Shown here: positions 27,053 to 36,753 of the stretch, one piece after another
Position numbering within the stretch: position 1 is the first letter of the stretch
Layout: each line of letters begins with the position of its first letter
NCBI GenBank assembly: GCA_038062455.1
Contig: JBBTXE010000001.1
Span: 7,468 to 56,370 of the forward strand
Reading direction: 5' to 3'
Source: Patescibacteria group bacterium
Lineage (GTDB): Bacteria > Patescibacteriota > Microgenomatia > UBA12405
DNA length: 48,903 nt
The notes under the pieces: model-generated
The model's database searches: none
What the model was told of the DNA's origin: nothing
Seen by the model: only the letters and a program-made list of their open reading frames with translations
Made by a program: the position numbers and the translations under genes

Positions 27053-28725
27053 AAAGCAACATCCGACTAAATATGATCCTCATATTTTGTGGTTTTCTTG
27101 GTCTTGTCTCGACAATTATTGCCTTTTTCGACATCCAGTTTAAGTACCAACATATTATTTTATTTTTACACCTCCTTTCTTTTTTATTGTTTATTTTATC
27201 TCTCTTTATATTTATTCGTACCTCACCGCCCCAAAAACTATTAAAAAAACACAAAATCATTTTTCTGGGAATCATGCTATTGAGTATCATAACCAGATTT
27301 ATATTTTTAAATTTTTACCCCTTTGTTTCTTTTGGTGATGAAGTGCGGGATGGGGGGCACGATGCCTATGAAATTTACCAAAAAAAGACTGCCAATATTT
27401 TTACCTACGGCAGTTATAATTCCCACGGCCTGATTATTCCCACCTTTGCCAGTTTTTTTTACCCACTGTTTGAAAACAGCAACTTACTTTATCGTTTTCC
27501 ATCTGCCTTAATAAGCGTTGTCGATATCGCCTTAATATTTTTTGTGTCTTATTGGAATTTTGGCATTACTCCTGCCGTCATCTCTAGCTTAGCCATAATT
27601 TCCCTTCCTCTCCATTTATTTTATAGTCGGACCCAAATGGTTGTTATATTTAGCAGTTTTTTAACCACCTTTTTTCTCCTGCTTTTCACTTTTTATAAAA
27701 ATCCAAAAAAACCACATCTATTCCTATTAATAGGGTATCTTTGCGGATTTTCTTTTAATTTTCACGCTTCAATTAGGCCAATAAGTTTAATAATTATTTT
27801 ATTTGTTATAGTTTCCGAAATAAAAAACATTCACCGTCTTTTATTGTTTTTATTTTTCATTATTGTCGGATTTGGCCCCCGACTTATTTTTACTCCACTC
27901 AACATTTTCTTTCATACCACTCGTCTGACTGCTTCCGTATCCGGTTCCTTAACCAACAAAATTTGGGAACTAATTGGTCGATATATTACTTCTTTATTGG
28001 TTTTGGTAATTGAACCAACCCAAAGCTTTTTTAAAGACAATCGTCCTATCTTAAATATGTTTTACGCCGCTCTATTTTTTGTCGGAATAATTTTTCTTCT
28101 GAAGCGACTCAAAAAAAGAATATTTCAGATTATATTGATATTGGTATTTGCTATTCCCTTAACCAATAGTGCCATCACCGATGGTTTAAATTTCGACCAT
28201 CGTTTAGCTCCTTTACTTCCTCTGGGGGCCATATTGATTGGTTGTGGTTTTTTCTATCTATACAGTACTATTAAATTCAACATTATTAAGTATATTTTTT
28301 TAGGGAGTTTTATTTCAGTGTTCTTATTGGAAATTATTGTTTTTTTTGTAGATAAAAAAGCCAATCATAATTGGGAAAATCATTACTTTGTTAGGGATTA
28401 TTTGTCAATGCATCTGATATATTTTTTACAAAAAAAACAAGATCTATTAAATAAAAGCATTTGTGTTGCCGTATCACCCAACAACATTGATTATTTCACT
28501 GATCCTATTCAGATTGAAGAAAAATATGGGTTTTTTCTTCCTGACACTCAAATTGAGTTTAAAAGAGACGAATTAACCGGGGACAATGAGGCTATGGTAA
28601 GCAATAGTTGTTACTCACCGTCAAAAGAGAATTATTTATCCTATCAATACTCCTGTCCCGATAATTTTTTTAAATGCCCCGACAAATTTGTTGGCAATAT
28701 TCTCATTTACAGTGAAACACCCTGA
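27049..28725 (+). CDS. GT-C-like multi-pass membrane glycosyltransferase
   Basis: GDE acidic loop after an early TM, RFPSAL, PLHLFYSR; AT-rich. Confidence 0.7.
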   Translation: MKSNIRLNMILIFCGFLGLVSTIIAFFDIQFKYQHIILFLHLLSFLLFILSLFIFIRTSPPQKLLKKHKIIFLGIMLLSIITRFIFLNFYPFVSFGDEVRDGGHDAYEIYQKKTANIFTYGSYNSHGLIIPTFASFFYPLFENSNLLYRFPSALISVVDIALIFFVSYWNFGITPAVISSLAIISLPLHLFYSRTQMVVIFSSFLTTFFLLLFTFYKNPKKPHLFLLIGYLCGFSFNFHASIRPISLIIILFVIVSEIKNIHRLLLFLFFIIVGFGPRLIFTPLNIFFHTTRLTASVSGSLTNKIWELIGRYITSLLVLVIEPTQSFFKDNRPILNMFYAALFFVGIIFLLKRLKKRIFQIILILVFAIPLTNSAITDGLNFDHRLAPLLPLGAILIGCGFFYLYSTIKFNIIKYIFLGSFISVFLLEIIVFFVDKKANHNWENHYFVRDYLSMHLIYFLQKKQDLLNKSICVAVSPNNIDYFTDPIQIEEKYGFFLPDTQIEFKRDELTGDNEAMVSNSCYSPSKENYLSYQYSCPDNFFKCPDKFVGNILIYSETP

Positions 28726-28742
28726 CGGTATTTTTCCCTTGT

Positions 28743-29345
28743 TTGCTAAAATCAACTGATAATATGAAATTTACCAATAGTTTCCAGCCCCCCCTTTTTT
28801 GGCGGCCACAAACTGATTTCTTAAAACTCCTCGAATCCTCTCAATTTGGCAAAATTTTATTGATTATTTTTAACTACGCTATCTGGTTCCTTTTTCTCTA
28901 TCTTTCCATTCTATTAGTCGGATACAACCCAAACATTTTTTGGCAGTTATTAGTCGCCACCGTTCTAGCTGAGATAGTTGAAAAACTTATCAAAAAAAAA
29001 GTCTATTGGCGTCGGCCCATGTTTGTCAGACATGATGCTACTCCGGTGGGACTAGTCGACCGTTGGTACCAAAGCGGCGCCTTTCCCTCCGGTCACACCA
29101 TTAAAGCCACTTTCTTTTTTCTTTTTCTTTTACTCTATCCGGTTTTTAATATTCAACTTTATTTTTTAATCGTCCTCCCCTTACTCTTTTTTCGGGTTCT
29201 GGTTGGTTTTCATTATCCTATCGATGTTTTTGGGGGGATATTAATCGGCATCTTAATGTGGTTATCATCTTTCAGAATCATTGCTCCGTTATTTGCTCAA
29301 AACTTTATTAAAATAGTCTATGACTTTGTTTTTAGCCGACTTTAA
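28743..29345 (+). CDS. PAP2 family phosphatase
   Basis: KKKVYWRRP, FPSGH, RVLVGFHYPID. The start may be ATG 28764. Confidence 0.9.
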   Translation: MLKSTDNMKFTNSFQPPLFWRPQTDFLKLLESSQFGKILLIIFNYAIWFLFLYLSILLVGYNPNIFWQLLVATVLAEIVEKLIKKKVYWRRPMFVRHDATPVGLVDRWYQSGAFPSGHTIKATFFFLFLLLYPVFNIQLYFLIVLPLLFFRVLVGFHYPIDVFGGILIGILMWLSSFRIIAPLFAQNFIKIVYDFVFSRL

Positions 29346-31413
29346 ATTCATTGTTTTTTGGTGGTTGTTTATCCTGGGCTTTTCGGCACTTTTTCTGCCC
29401 TTAACTTTTTCCCTGTTTCATCGTTTTTTTGATAAAGGCTACGTCTTTGCCAAAATTTTATCCCTCACCCTGGTCACCTATATTGTTTTTTGTCTTAGTG
29501 TTATCCGCCTCCTGCCCTTTACTTCATTTTCAATTTTAATAATTTTGTTTTTAGTATTTCTCGCTGACCTATATTACCTCTTTGTTTTAAAAAAATGGCC
29601 GTCATTTAAAAAAACCTTTTTAGCCAATTTCAAATTTATCCTCCTGGAAGAAATCCTGTTTTTAACTGTTCTGTCTCTTTGGTCCTTTGTCCGCGGCCAC
29701 ACCCCCGACATTGAGGGTTTAGAAAAATATATGGACTGGGGCTTTGTTAACTCGGCTCTCCGCACCCGTTTTTTCCCTCCCGCTGACATGTGGTATGCCG
29801 GATCTCCTATTAATTATTACTATTTTGGCCATCTTGTTTTTGCTCTCCTCACCAAAATTTCCGGCCTCTCTTCGGCTATTACCTACAACCTTTCCATCGC
29901 CACTGTTTGCGCCCTCACTTTTGTCTCGACTTTTTCTCTATCCGGAAATCTGGTCTTCCACTTTTTAAATACCAAAAAAATAAAAAATGTTCTCTTGGCC
30001 GGTCTGATTTCAGCGCTTTTGCTCACCTTTGGCGGAAATCTCCATCCCTTATATAAAATTATCAAAATCGACATTCAAAACAACGGTCGTTTGAATCTTA
30101 ATCCGGAGGCCATAAAATTGGCCGCCTCCACCTATTGGTATCCTGACGCCACCCGCTTTATTGGTTTTGATCCGGACGTCGACAACAAAACCATTCACGA
30201 ATTTCCGCTCTATAGCTTTGTAGTTTCTGACCTTCACGGTCACATGAATGATATTCCTCTAATTTTATTCTTTCTGGCTTTTCTCTTTTCTTATTCCTTA
30301 TCGCTAAAAAAATCTAACAGTCAACAGACAAGGCCACCCGACCCCAAATTATTTTTACCCAGCGGTCTCTTTCTCTCTATCGCCTACATGACCAACGCCT
30401 GGGATCTGGCCGTCTATGGCCTTTTCTTTGCCCTCTTTCTTTTTTTGGTCCAAAAAAACTTTTGGCTAACTATAGGCAACGGCCTCTTAACCATTTTTTT
30501 TTGGTATCTTTTTACCCTGCCTTATTCCCTTAATTTCATTCCCATGGCCGAAGGCCTGAATCTTGTCGATGTCCGTTCCCCCTTTTACCAACTTTGTGTT
30601 CTCTATGGTGGTTTCTGGCTCATCGCCATTCCTTTTGTTATTTGGTTCCTCGCATCGTCATTGCGAGCGAAGCGCGGCCATCTTATTTCCAATTCCGACA
30701 TCTTTATTTTTTCTCTGATTATTTTAGCCACCATTCTAATCATCATCCCCGAATTAATTTACGTCAAAGATATCTATATTTTTGAACACCGCCGGGCCAA
30801 CACTATGTTTAAGCTGGTTTATCAGGCTTTTATCATGTATTCCCTATCAAGTGGCTATATTTTAATTCGTCTCCGAAAATTTTTTCTCTACCGTCTTCTC
30901 TTTCTTCTGGTATTGGTTAGCCATCTAATTTACCCTTATTTTGCCATCAAATCTTACCGGGACTCTCGCTCTGAATTTAAATACTGGGGATTGGCTGGCA
31001 CCGACTATTTAAAAGAACAATTTCCTGACAATTTTGCCGTTATTAATTGGCTCAACAGCAATGTTTCCGGCCAGCCAAACATAGTTGAAGCAATCGGGGA
31101 TTCTTACACCAAATTCAATCAGGTTTCCTCGGCTACCGGTCTGCCAACTGTCGTCGGTTGGCTGGTTCACGAATGGCTCTGGCGGGGAGGCTATGACGGA
31201 CCCGGTTCCCGTAGCACTGAAGTCACCACTATCTACGAATCCACCGACCCCATTGAAGTCAAAAACATTCTTCAAAAATACAACGTTAAATATATCTTAG
31301 TCGGTGATCAGGAACGGGAAAAATACCCCAATCTGTCTGAAACCAAATTTTCCACCTTCGCCCATGTCGTCTTCCAATCCGGCAACACCCGGCTTTACGA
31401 AATCGATAAATAA
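29320..31413 (+). CDS. DUF2298 / YYY-domain membrane protein (GT-C-like)
   Basis: EKYMD, PPADMWYAG, INYYYFGH, TIHEFPLYSF, DLHGH, RANTMFK, GWLVHEWLWR. Confidence 0.85.
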   Translation: MTLFLADFKFIVFWWLFILGFSALFLPLTFSLFHRFFDKGYVFAKILSLTLVTYIVFCLSVIRLLPFTSFSILIILFLVFLADLYYLFVLKKWPSFKKTFLANFKFILLEEILFLTVLSLWSFVRGHTPDIEGLEKYMDWGFVNSALRTRFFPPADMWYAGSPINYYYFGHLVFALLTKISGLSSAITYNLSIATVCALTFVSTFSLSGNLVFHFLNTKKIKNVLLAGLISALLLTFGGNLHPLYKIIKIDIQNNGRLNLNPEAIKLAASTYWYPDATRFIGFDPDVDNKTIHEFPLYSFVVSDLHGHMNDIPLILFFLAFLFSYSLSLKKSNSQQTRPPDPKLFLPSGLFLSIAYMTNAWDLAVYGLFFALFLFLVQKNFWLTIGNGLLTIFFWYLFTLPYSLNFIPMAEGLNLVDVRSPFYQLCVLYGGFWLIAIPFVIWFLASSLRAKRGHLISNSDIFIFSLIILATILIIIPELIYVKDIYIFEHRRANTMFKLVYQAFIMYSLSSGYILIRLRKFFLYRLLFLLVLVSHLIYPYFAIKSYRDSRSEFKYWGLAGTDYLKEQFPDNFAVINWLNSNVSGQPNIVEAIGDSYTKFNQVSSATGLPTVVGWLVHEWLWRGGYDGPGSRSTEVTTIYESTDPIEVKNILQKYNVKYILVGDQEREKYPNLSETKFSTFAHVVFQSGNTRLYEIDK
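30656..30683 (+). repeat. CGTCATTGCGAG-type repeat remnant, in frame
   Basis: cgtcattgcgagcgaagcgcggccatct; first 12 bp are the exact reverse complement of 39710-39721. Confidence 0.55.
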
Positions 31414-31437
31414 GAACGCTCGCGTTGATAATTAAGT

Positions 31438-31480
31438 ACTTGACACTTGTAATGTCAAGTGTTGTAATAATTATACAACA
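31438..31480 (+). promoter_or_regulatory. Promoter with two adjacent palindromic operators
   Basis: ACTTGACA-N7-TGTCAAGT (31438-31460) abutting TGTTGTA-N7-TACAACA (31460-31480); contains TTGACA. Confidence 0.7.
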
Positions 31481-31485
31481 TACAT

Positions 31486-31890
31486 ATGAATAATAAACAA
31501 GAACAGACGAGTCAAAACTTTGGTGTTTTTTTTAGGAATCGCAGGGTGTCTTTGGGGTTTACCTTAAGATCATTCTGTGAGAGATTTGGTTACGACCCAG
31601 GAAATATCAGTCGATTGGAAAGAAACATTTTGGCTCCAAGTATCGGTGAAAGCATCCTGAAAGGATACGCCAAGGCGCTTCAAATAAAAGAAGGTACACC
31701 AGAGTGGGTGAATTTCTTTGACCTTGCCCATTTAGCCAAAGGAACAATTCCGATAGATATTAAAAACAGTCAGCAAATAATGTCGATTCTCCCAGCTTTT
31801 TATAGAACTGTTCGCGGCAAGAAATTAAATAAAGAAAAGATAAAAGAATTAGTTTCTTTGTTAAATAACGGAGAAAAAGGAACAACTTGA
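31486..31890 (+). CDS. XRE-family HTH regulator
   Basis: RRVSLGFTLRSFC...YDPGNISRLERN. Confidence 0.88.
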   Translation: MNNKQEQTSQNFGVFFRNRRVSLGFTLRSFCERFGYDPGNISRLERNILAPSIGESILKGYAKALQIKEGTPEWVNFFDLAHLAKGTIPIDIKNSQQIMSILPAFYRTVRGKKLNKEKIKELVSLLNNGEKGTT

Positions 31891-31891
31891 T

Positions 31892-32479
31892 ATGGATGGA
31901 GTTGCTCTTTCGATGGCGCAAGTACGGCATGCGGCCGACGAATTTTTAAACAAATACAATCAAGGCGACCTACTTCCAGTCCCCATTGAGGAAATCGCAG
32001 AACTCAAACTCGGAATTTTTTTGTGCGCCATTCCTGGGATTAAAAATCTAATCGGAATTGACGGTTTTATCACCTCAGATTTTTCTCAGATAACTATAGA
32101 TGAATATTGTTATACCAAATATTCCGAAAGGACAAGATTTACCATCGCTCACGAAATTGGACACAAAATTCTCCATCAAGATTGGTATAAGAAAAACGGC
32201 CCCACAAATTTCAATGATCATCAAGATTTCTTTTCAAAGATTAGTGAGACAGATTATCGGTACATAGAGATTCAAGCCCAAACTTTTGCTGGTTTAGTTT
32301 TAGTTCCTTCAAAGTTATTAAGCAAAGAACTTATAAACAAACTAGGAAAGATGCCGGAAAATGAAGATGCTGAAATATTACAACCAATATTTAATGATCT
32401 ATTAAATATCTTTAAGGTGTCTGGTGAAGTGTTGTATAGAAGAATGGTGAAAGAAGGAATGATTAAAAAATTGTTGTGA
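31892..32479 (+). CDS. ImmA/IrrE family metallopeptidase
   Basis: PVPIEEI, RTRFTIAHEIGHKILH, EIQAQTFAGLVLVP. Confidence 0.9.
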   Translation: MDGVALSMAQVRHAADEFLNKYNQGDLLPVPIEEIAELKLGIFLCAIPGIKNLIGIDGFITSDFSQITIDEYCYTKYSERTRFTIAHEIGHKILHQDWYKKNGPTNFNDHQDFFSKISETDYRYIEIQAQTFAGLVLVPSKLLSKELINKLGKMPENEDAEILQPIFNDLLNIFKVSGEVLYRRMVKEGMIKKLL

Positions 32480-32498
32480 TATAGACTACAATTAAGTC

Positions 32499-32981
32499 AT
32501 GCTTCTCGATAATTATATTTCCTTCCTCGATCTTCTTACTGGTAAAATCCGTAGTTTTGGTATTGATGTTTCTCATTTAAATCTTGATCACTTCGGTTAT
32601 CAAGCCTCATCTGACCAAGATTATGATCGGCTCAAACTGGAGTTTGAAAAAATCGGCAAATTATTATCAGAAGAAATAGTTGGTGGTCGACGTGTCGGTA
32701 TCTTTGAATTTTTTACCTCACTCGATTATCGAGGTTATCCCATTCCCGCCGTTGAACTGGTTGCCCCCAAACCAGGACAAGTTTGTCCGTCAGCACTGGA
32801 ACATGTCGAATATGTGATTGATGAAGATTTTGAATCTTTCATTTCAAAATATCCCAATCTGCCTTGGGATAAAAGTAAAATCAACCAGCCCATGTTTCCC
32901 ATGCTTACTCTTAAATTGGACGACAACATTCAGGTCAAATTTCACTACAAACCAGTTTTAGAGATCATCAAAGACAAATAG
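32499..32981 (+). CDS. VOC family protein (YecM-like)
   Basis: LDHFGY, VGGRRVGIF, VELVAPK, LEHVEYV, VKFH. Confidence 0.8.
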   Translation: MLLDNYISFLDLLTGKIRSFGIDVSHLNLDHFGYQASSDQDYDRLKLEFEKIGKLLSEEIVGGRRVGIFEFFTSLDYRGYPIPAVELVAPKPGQVCPSALEHVEYVIDEDFESFISKYPNLPWDKSKINQPMFPMLTLKLDDNIQVKFHYKPVLEIIKDK

Positions 32982-32992
32982 TAGAAAATTTC

Positions 32993-33165
32993 TCAACCTA
33001 ACTCTACAATCCTTTCAATCTCTCTTTTCAACTTGGGGATTTCGGTTTTGATTACGTCCCAGACCGTCGCATACATAAAAAGTTCCAAGTATTTCCCCCT
33101 TTCTTCAAGGGGGGAGGTCACGAAGTGACAGGGGGGTTTTGACCAACAACTTCAAACTTCGACAT
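32993..33165 (-). pseudogene. HepT/DUF86 HEPN toxin remnant (internal deletion)
   Basis: MSK start overlapping the MNT end (33165) and C-terminal helix TVWDVIKTEIPKLKREIERI* (32993-33076); the middle is absent. Confidence 0.7.
33091..33140 (+). repeat. Palindromic repeat family copy without the core insert
   Basis: atttccccctttcttcaaggggggaggtcacgaagtgacaggggggtttt; first 18 bp identical to 10777-10794. Confidence 0.85.
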
Positions 33166-33457
33166 ATTGAGTTTCTTTTAAAATATAAGGCCCGATGAAG
33201 GGACTAAGCGATTGAAGTGTCACCACCTCCACTTTTCTCCCCAGCGTTTTTTCCATAAAATCAGCAAAACCCATAAAATTTCTAAAAGTCTTTTTTCCCT
33301 TATCAAAATCCACCAGCAAATCAACATCACTATTTTCTCCCTGTTCGTTTCTCACAAAAGAACCAAACAAACCCAATTTATTCACCCCATAATTCCTGAT
33401 TATCTGTTTGTTGTCGAGGATAACCTTCTTTACTTCCCCTATATTAACCACTTTCAT
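33152..33457 (-). CDS. Minimal nucleotidyltransferase (MntA-like antitoxin)
   Basis: LGLFGSFVRNEQGENSDVDLLVDF, LGRKVEVVT. Confidence 0.92.
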   Translation of the reverse strand: MKVVNIGEVKKVILDNKQIIRNYGVNKLGLFGSFVRNEQGENSDVDLLVDFDKGKKTFRNFMGFADFMEKTLGRKVEVVTLQSLSPFIGPYILKETQYVEV

Positions 33458-33488
33458 GACAAAATTATAACAAAATGTTAGTCAACTT

Positions 33489-35372
33489 ATGTCCGATTTA
33501 TTAAAAGGTCTCAATCCCGATCAACAGCGGGCGGTGACTCATCAGGGAACTCCGTTGCTGGTGTTAGCCGGTGCCGGTTCGGGCAAAACCCGGGTTCTCA
33601 CCCATCGGGCCGCCTATCTTATTAGTCAAAAATTGGCCAGAGCATCGGAAGTATTACTGCTCACCTTTACTAACAAAGCCGCCTCTGAAATGAAAAACCG
33701 GATGGCTAAATTACTTGATGTACGCACAGGCCATGGCCTGTGCCTACCCGAAAAAGACATCTTCGCCGGCACTTTTCATTCTTTTTCTTGTCGGTTACTG
33801 CGGATTTATGGTCAAGAAATCGGTCTCTCTTTAGATTTTGTTATTTATGATGCTGACGATCAGGAAAATTTAATCCGTTCTCTTTTAGCCGACACTCACT
33901 ACACCGTCAAAGAATTCAAGCCTTCCTCTCTGATTTACTACATTGAAAACGCCAAAAATAATTTTATTTCACCGACCACAGCCGTTTCCACCGCCCATGG
34001 TTTTTGGGAATCTACCGCCGCCAGAATTTATGCCCTTTATCAAAAAGCCCTCGACCGCAATTCCGCTCTCGATTTTTCTGATCTCATTTATAAAACGGTG
34101 GAAATGCTTTCTCAAAATCCTGCTCTAGCGCAGAAAGTCAACGACAAATACCGCCATATCTTAGTTGACGAATATCAGGATACCAACTTCACCCAATATC
34201 TGTTAACTAAAATTCTCGCCGGCAAAAATCGCCAAATCACCGCTGTCGGCGATGCCTCCCAAAGTATCTACGGTTGGCGCGGCGCCGATTACCAAAACCT
34301 CACTTCACTGACTACCGACTTTCCCGAAACTACAGTTATCAATCTGGAACGCAATTACCGTTCCACCCAAATAATTTTGGATGCTGCCAATGCCGTTATT
34401 TCTCAAAACCGCAGCCATCCGGTCCTAAATCTTTATACCCTGCGCCACTCCACTGACCCTATCTTTCTTTATCAAGCCGGCTCCGAGCTGGACGAGGCCG
34501 AATATATCAGTCAAAAAATTCTGGGCTTAGAATCCCGCGACGTTCCTTTCCGCCAAATTGCCGTTCTCTATCGGATGAATTCTCAATCCCGGGTTATCGA
34601 AGAATCTTTTTTAAAAAATAAAATTCCCTATGTCCTCATTGGCGGTCTTCGTTTTTACGATCGGGCCGAAGTCAAGGATGTTCTGGCCATGCTCCGCTTT
34701 GTTCAAAACCGCCATGATGAATTATCTCTGGGGCGGCTTAATAAAGCCTTAGGCAAACGTCGTACCGATGTCTTTGTCGGCCAGATTGACACCATCAGTA
34801 AAAAAGCCAAATCCCTCGACATTTTAAAAACAGTTATCGATCTCTCCGGCTATCTATCCAAATTTGACCCGACCGACGAGGAAGACAATCGTCGTTTGGA
34901 AAATATTGAAGAGCTCAAATCAGTGGCCACCTCTTTTCCCCACCTTTCCGACTTTTTGGAAAATGTCGCCCTGGTCCAAAACGAATACAGCCTCCAGGAA
35001 AAAAACAAAGACAAAACCAACAAAAACGGTGTCCGCTTAATGACCCTTCATGCCAGTAAAGGTCTGGAATTTGAGGCTGTTTTTATTGCCGGCTTTGAAG
35101 AGGGAATTCTACCCCATTCCCGCTCTTTAATTGAGGCCAATGAACTTGAAGAAGAACGCCGTCTCTGCTATGTTGGCATTACCCGCGCTAAAGATTATTT
35201 ATTTATATCTTTCGCCACCCGCCGCCTTCAATTTGGTCGATCCTCTTTTGGCGAGGTCTCTCGTTTTTTAAAAGACATCCCCGAAACTTTATTAAAAATT
35301 GATCAGCTTTCTTCGGTTAAATTCCATCCCGACTCCGACACCGGTTTCATTTACGACCCAGATATATTTTAA
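33489..35372 (+). CDS. pcrA: UvrD/PcrA DNA helicase
   Basis: AGAGSGKT, TFTNKAA, VDEYQDTN, NYRST, MTLHASKGLEF, EEERRLCYVGITRA. Confidence 0.95.
   Translation: MSDLLKGLNPDQQRAVTHQGTPLLVLAGAGSGKTRVLTHRAAYLISQKLARASEVLLLTFTNKAASEMKNRMAKLLDVRTGHGLCLPEKDIFAGTFHSFSCRLLRIYGQEIGLSLDFVIYDADDQENLIRSLLADTHYTVKEFKPSSLIYYIENAKNNFISPTTAVSTAHGFWESTAARIYALYQKALDRNSALDFSDLIYKTVEMLSQNPALAQKVNDKYRHILVDEYQDTNFTQYLLTKILAGKNRQITAVGDASQSIYGWRGADYQNLTSLTTDFPETTVINLERNYRSTQIILDAANAVISQNRSHPVLNLYTLRHSTDPIFLYQAGSELDEAEYISQKILGLESRDVPFRQIAVLYRMNSQSRVIEESFLKNKIPYVLIGGLRFYDRAEVKDVLAMLRFVQNRHDELSLGRLNKALGKRRTDVFVGQIDTISKKAKSLDILKTVIDLSGYLSKFDPTDEEDNRRLENIEELKSVATSFPHLSDFLENVALVQNEYSLQEKNKDKTNKNGVRLMTLHASKGLEFEAVFIAGFEEGILPHSRSLIEANELEEERRLCYVGITRAKDYLFISFATRRLQFGRSSFGEVSRFLKDIPETLLKIDQLSSVKFHPDSDTGFIYDPDIF
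33720..33747 (-). repeat. GTAG-type REP-like palindrome in frame in pcrA
   Basis: Minus strand GTAGGCACAGGCCATGGCCTGTGCGTAC; perfect 20-bp palindrome at 33724-33743. Confidence 0.75.
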
Positions 35373-35403
35373 AAAAATTTGATTATACTTAAAATACTTA
35401 ACC

Positions 35404-36444
35404 ATGATAACGAGAATTTTATACAACGAAGAAAAAGCCACCTACGACAAAGCCGTCCGCCATCCGGTTCAGACCTGGGCTTGGGGTGATTTTCAGATAA
35501 GTCAAGGGCACCGGATCTATCGCCTGGGTATTTTTGATCAAAAAAAAATGGTCTCGGCTTACTCTCTCTCCTTCCACACTATTCCCAAAACCCCGCTAAA
35601 AATCGGTACCATTCTTCGCGGTCCTAAAATCGATGCCGACATGATCAGTAATGTCCGCAAAATCGCTATCGATGAGTCTGCCATTTTTGTTAAATTTGAA
35701 CCGGATATTATTGCCAAAGTTTATGATTCCACCCTTAATCTTGACAAAGAATACCCCCAAAATCTCGATTTCCCCAGTCTGGTTGTTTCCCCAAAAGTCG
35801 CTTTTTATCCCCACAGTTTTGTTATTGATTTAACTCTCTCTGAAGAGGAGCTGCTTTCCCGTCTTCAAAGCAAAACCCGCTACAACATTCGACTGGCCAA
35901 TCGTCACGGAGTTACCATCTCTCGGGAAACTCACGATCAGGGCTTTGAAATTTATCTAAAACTTTTGATGAGCACCACCCATCGTCAGGGTTTTTATCTC
36001 CATAGTGAAACTTATCACCGTCAACTCTGGCAGCAATTAAAAAACACCAATCAAATTGACATTCTTTTGGCCTCCTATCAGGGTGAAGTCCTGGCCGCCT
36101 TTATGTTGTTTAAAAACAAAGATCGTCTTTTTTACCCTTACGGAGCTTCCCTTGATAAAAAAAGAGAAGTTATGGCCCCTAATTTGCTAATGTGGGAAGC
36201 CATTAAATATGGCCAATCTTTGGGTCTAAAGAGTTTTGACACCTGGGGTTGTCTGGGTCCCGATGCCAAAGAGAGTGAAAACGGTTTCGGCTTTCACCGT
36301 TTCAAACAGGGCTACGGTGGGAAGCTCGTTCAGTTTGTCGGTACTTATGATTTGGTAATAAACTCCCAGCTCTATAAAATCTACAATCTCATCGACAAAT
36401 ATCGTTGGATTTTCCTCCGTCTCAAAGCCTCTCTTTTCCGCTAA
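35404..36444 (+). CDS. FemABX/MurM family lipid II aminoacyltransferase
   Basis: QTWAWG, KTRYNIRLA, YPYGAS, PNLLMWEAI, FHRFKQGYGG. Confidence 0.9.
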   Translation: MITRILYNEEKATYDKAVRHPVQTWAWGDFQISQGHRIYRLGIFDQKKMVSAYSLSFHTIPKTPLKIGTILRGPKIDADMISNVRKIAIDESAIFVKFEPDIIAKVYDSTLNLDKEYPQNLDFPSLVVSPKVAFYPHSFVIDLTLSEEELLSRLQSKTRYNIRLANRHGVTISRETHDQGFEIYLKLLMSTTHRQGFYLHSETYHRQLWQQLKNTNQIDILLASYQGEVLAAFMLFKNKDRLFYPYGASLDKKREVMAPNLLMWEAIKYGQSLGLKSFDTWGCLGPDAKESENGFGFHRFKQGYGGKLVQFVGTYDLVINSQLYKIYNLIDKYRWIFLRLKASLFR

Positions 36445-36452
36445 AATAGACT

Positions 36453-36752
36453 ATGTCCTCAAGCACCATTTCTGTCGATGAAGTCCGGCGGGTGGCTAAA
36501 CTGGCTCGGATTAAACTAAGCCCGACCGAAGAAGAATTATTTACCAAACAACTAGGTCCGGTTGTTGACTATTTTGAAGTTCTGAACAAAATTGACACCA
36601 GTCGGGTGAAACCATCCTTTCAAATTACCGAACTTAAAAATATTTTCCGGGAAGATCAAGTTTTAAAAAGTTTCTCCCAATCAAAGGCCATATCCACCGC
36701 CCCCAAAACTAGCAATGGTTTTATTGTTACCAAAGCCAGCATCGACAAATAA
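36453..36752 (+). CDS. gatC: Asp/Glu-tRNA amidotransferase subunit C
   Basis: EVRRVAKLARI, NIFRED; precedes gatA. Confidence 0.93.
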   Translation: MSSSTISVDEVRRVAKLARIKLSPTEEELFTKQLGPVVDYFEVLNKIDTSRVKPSFQITELKNIFREDQVLKSFSQSKAISTAPKTSNGFIVTKASIDK

Positions 36753-36753
36753 A

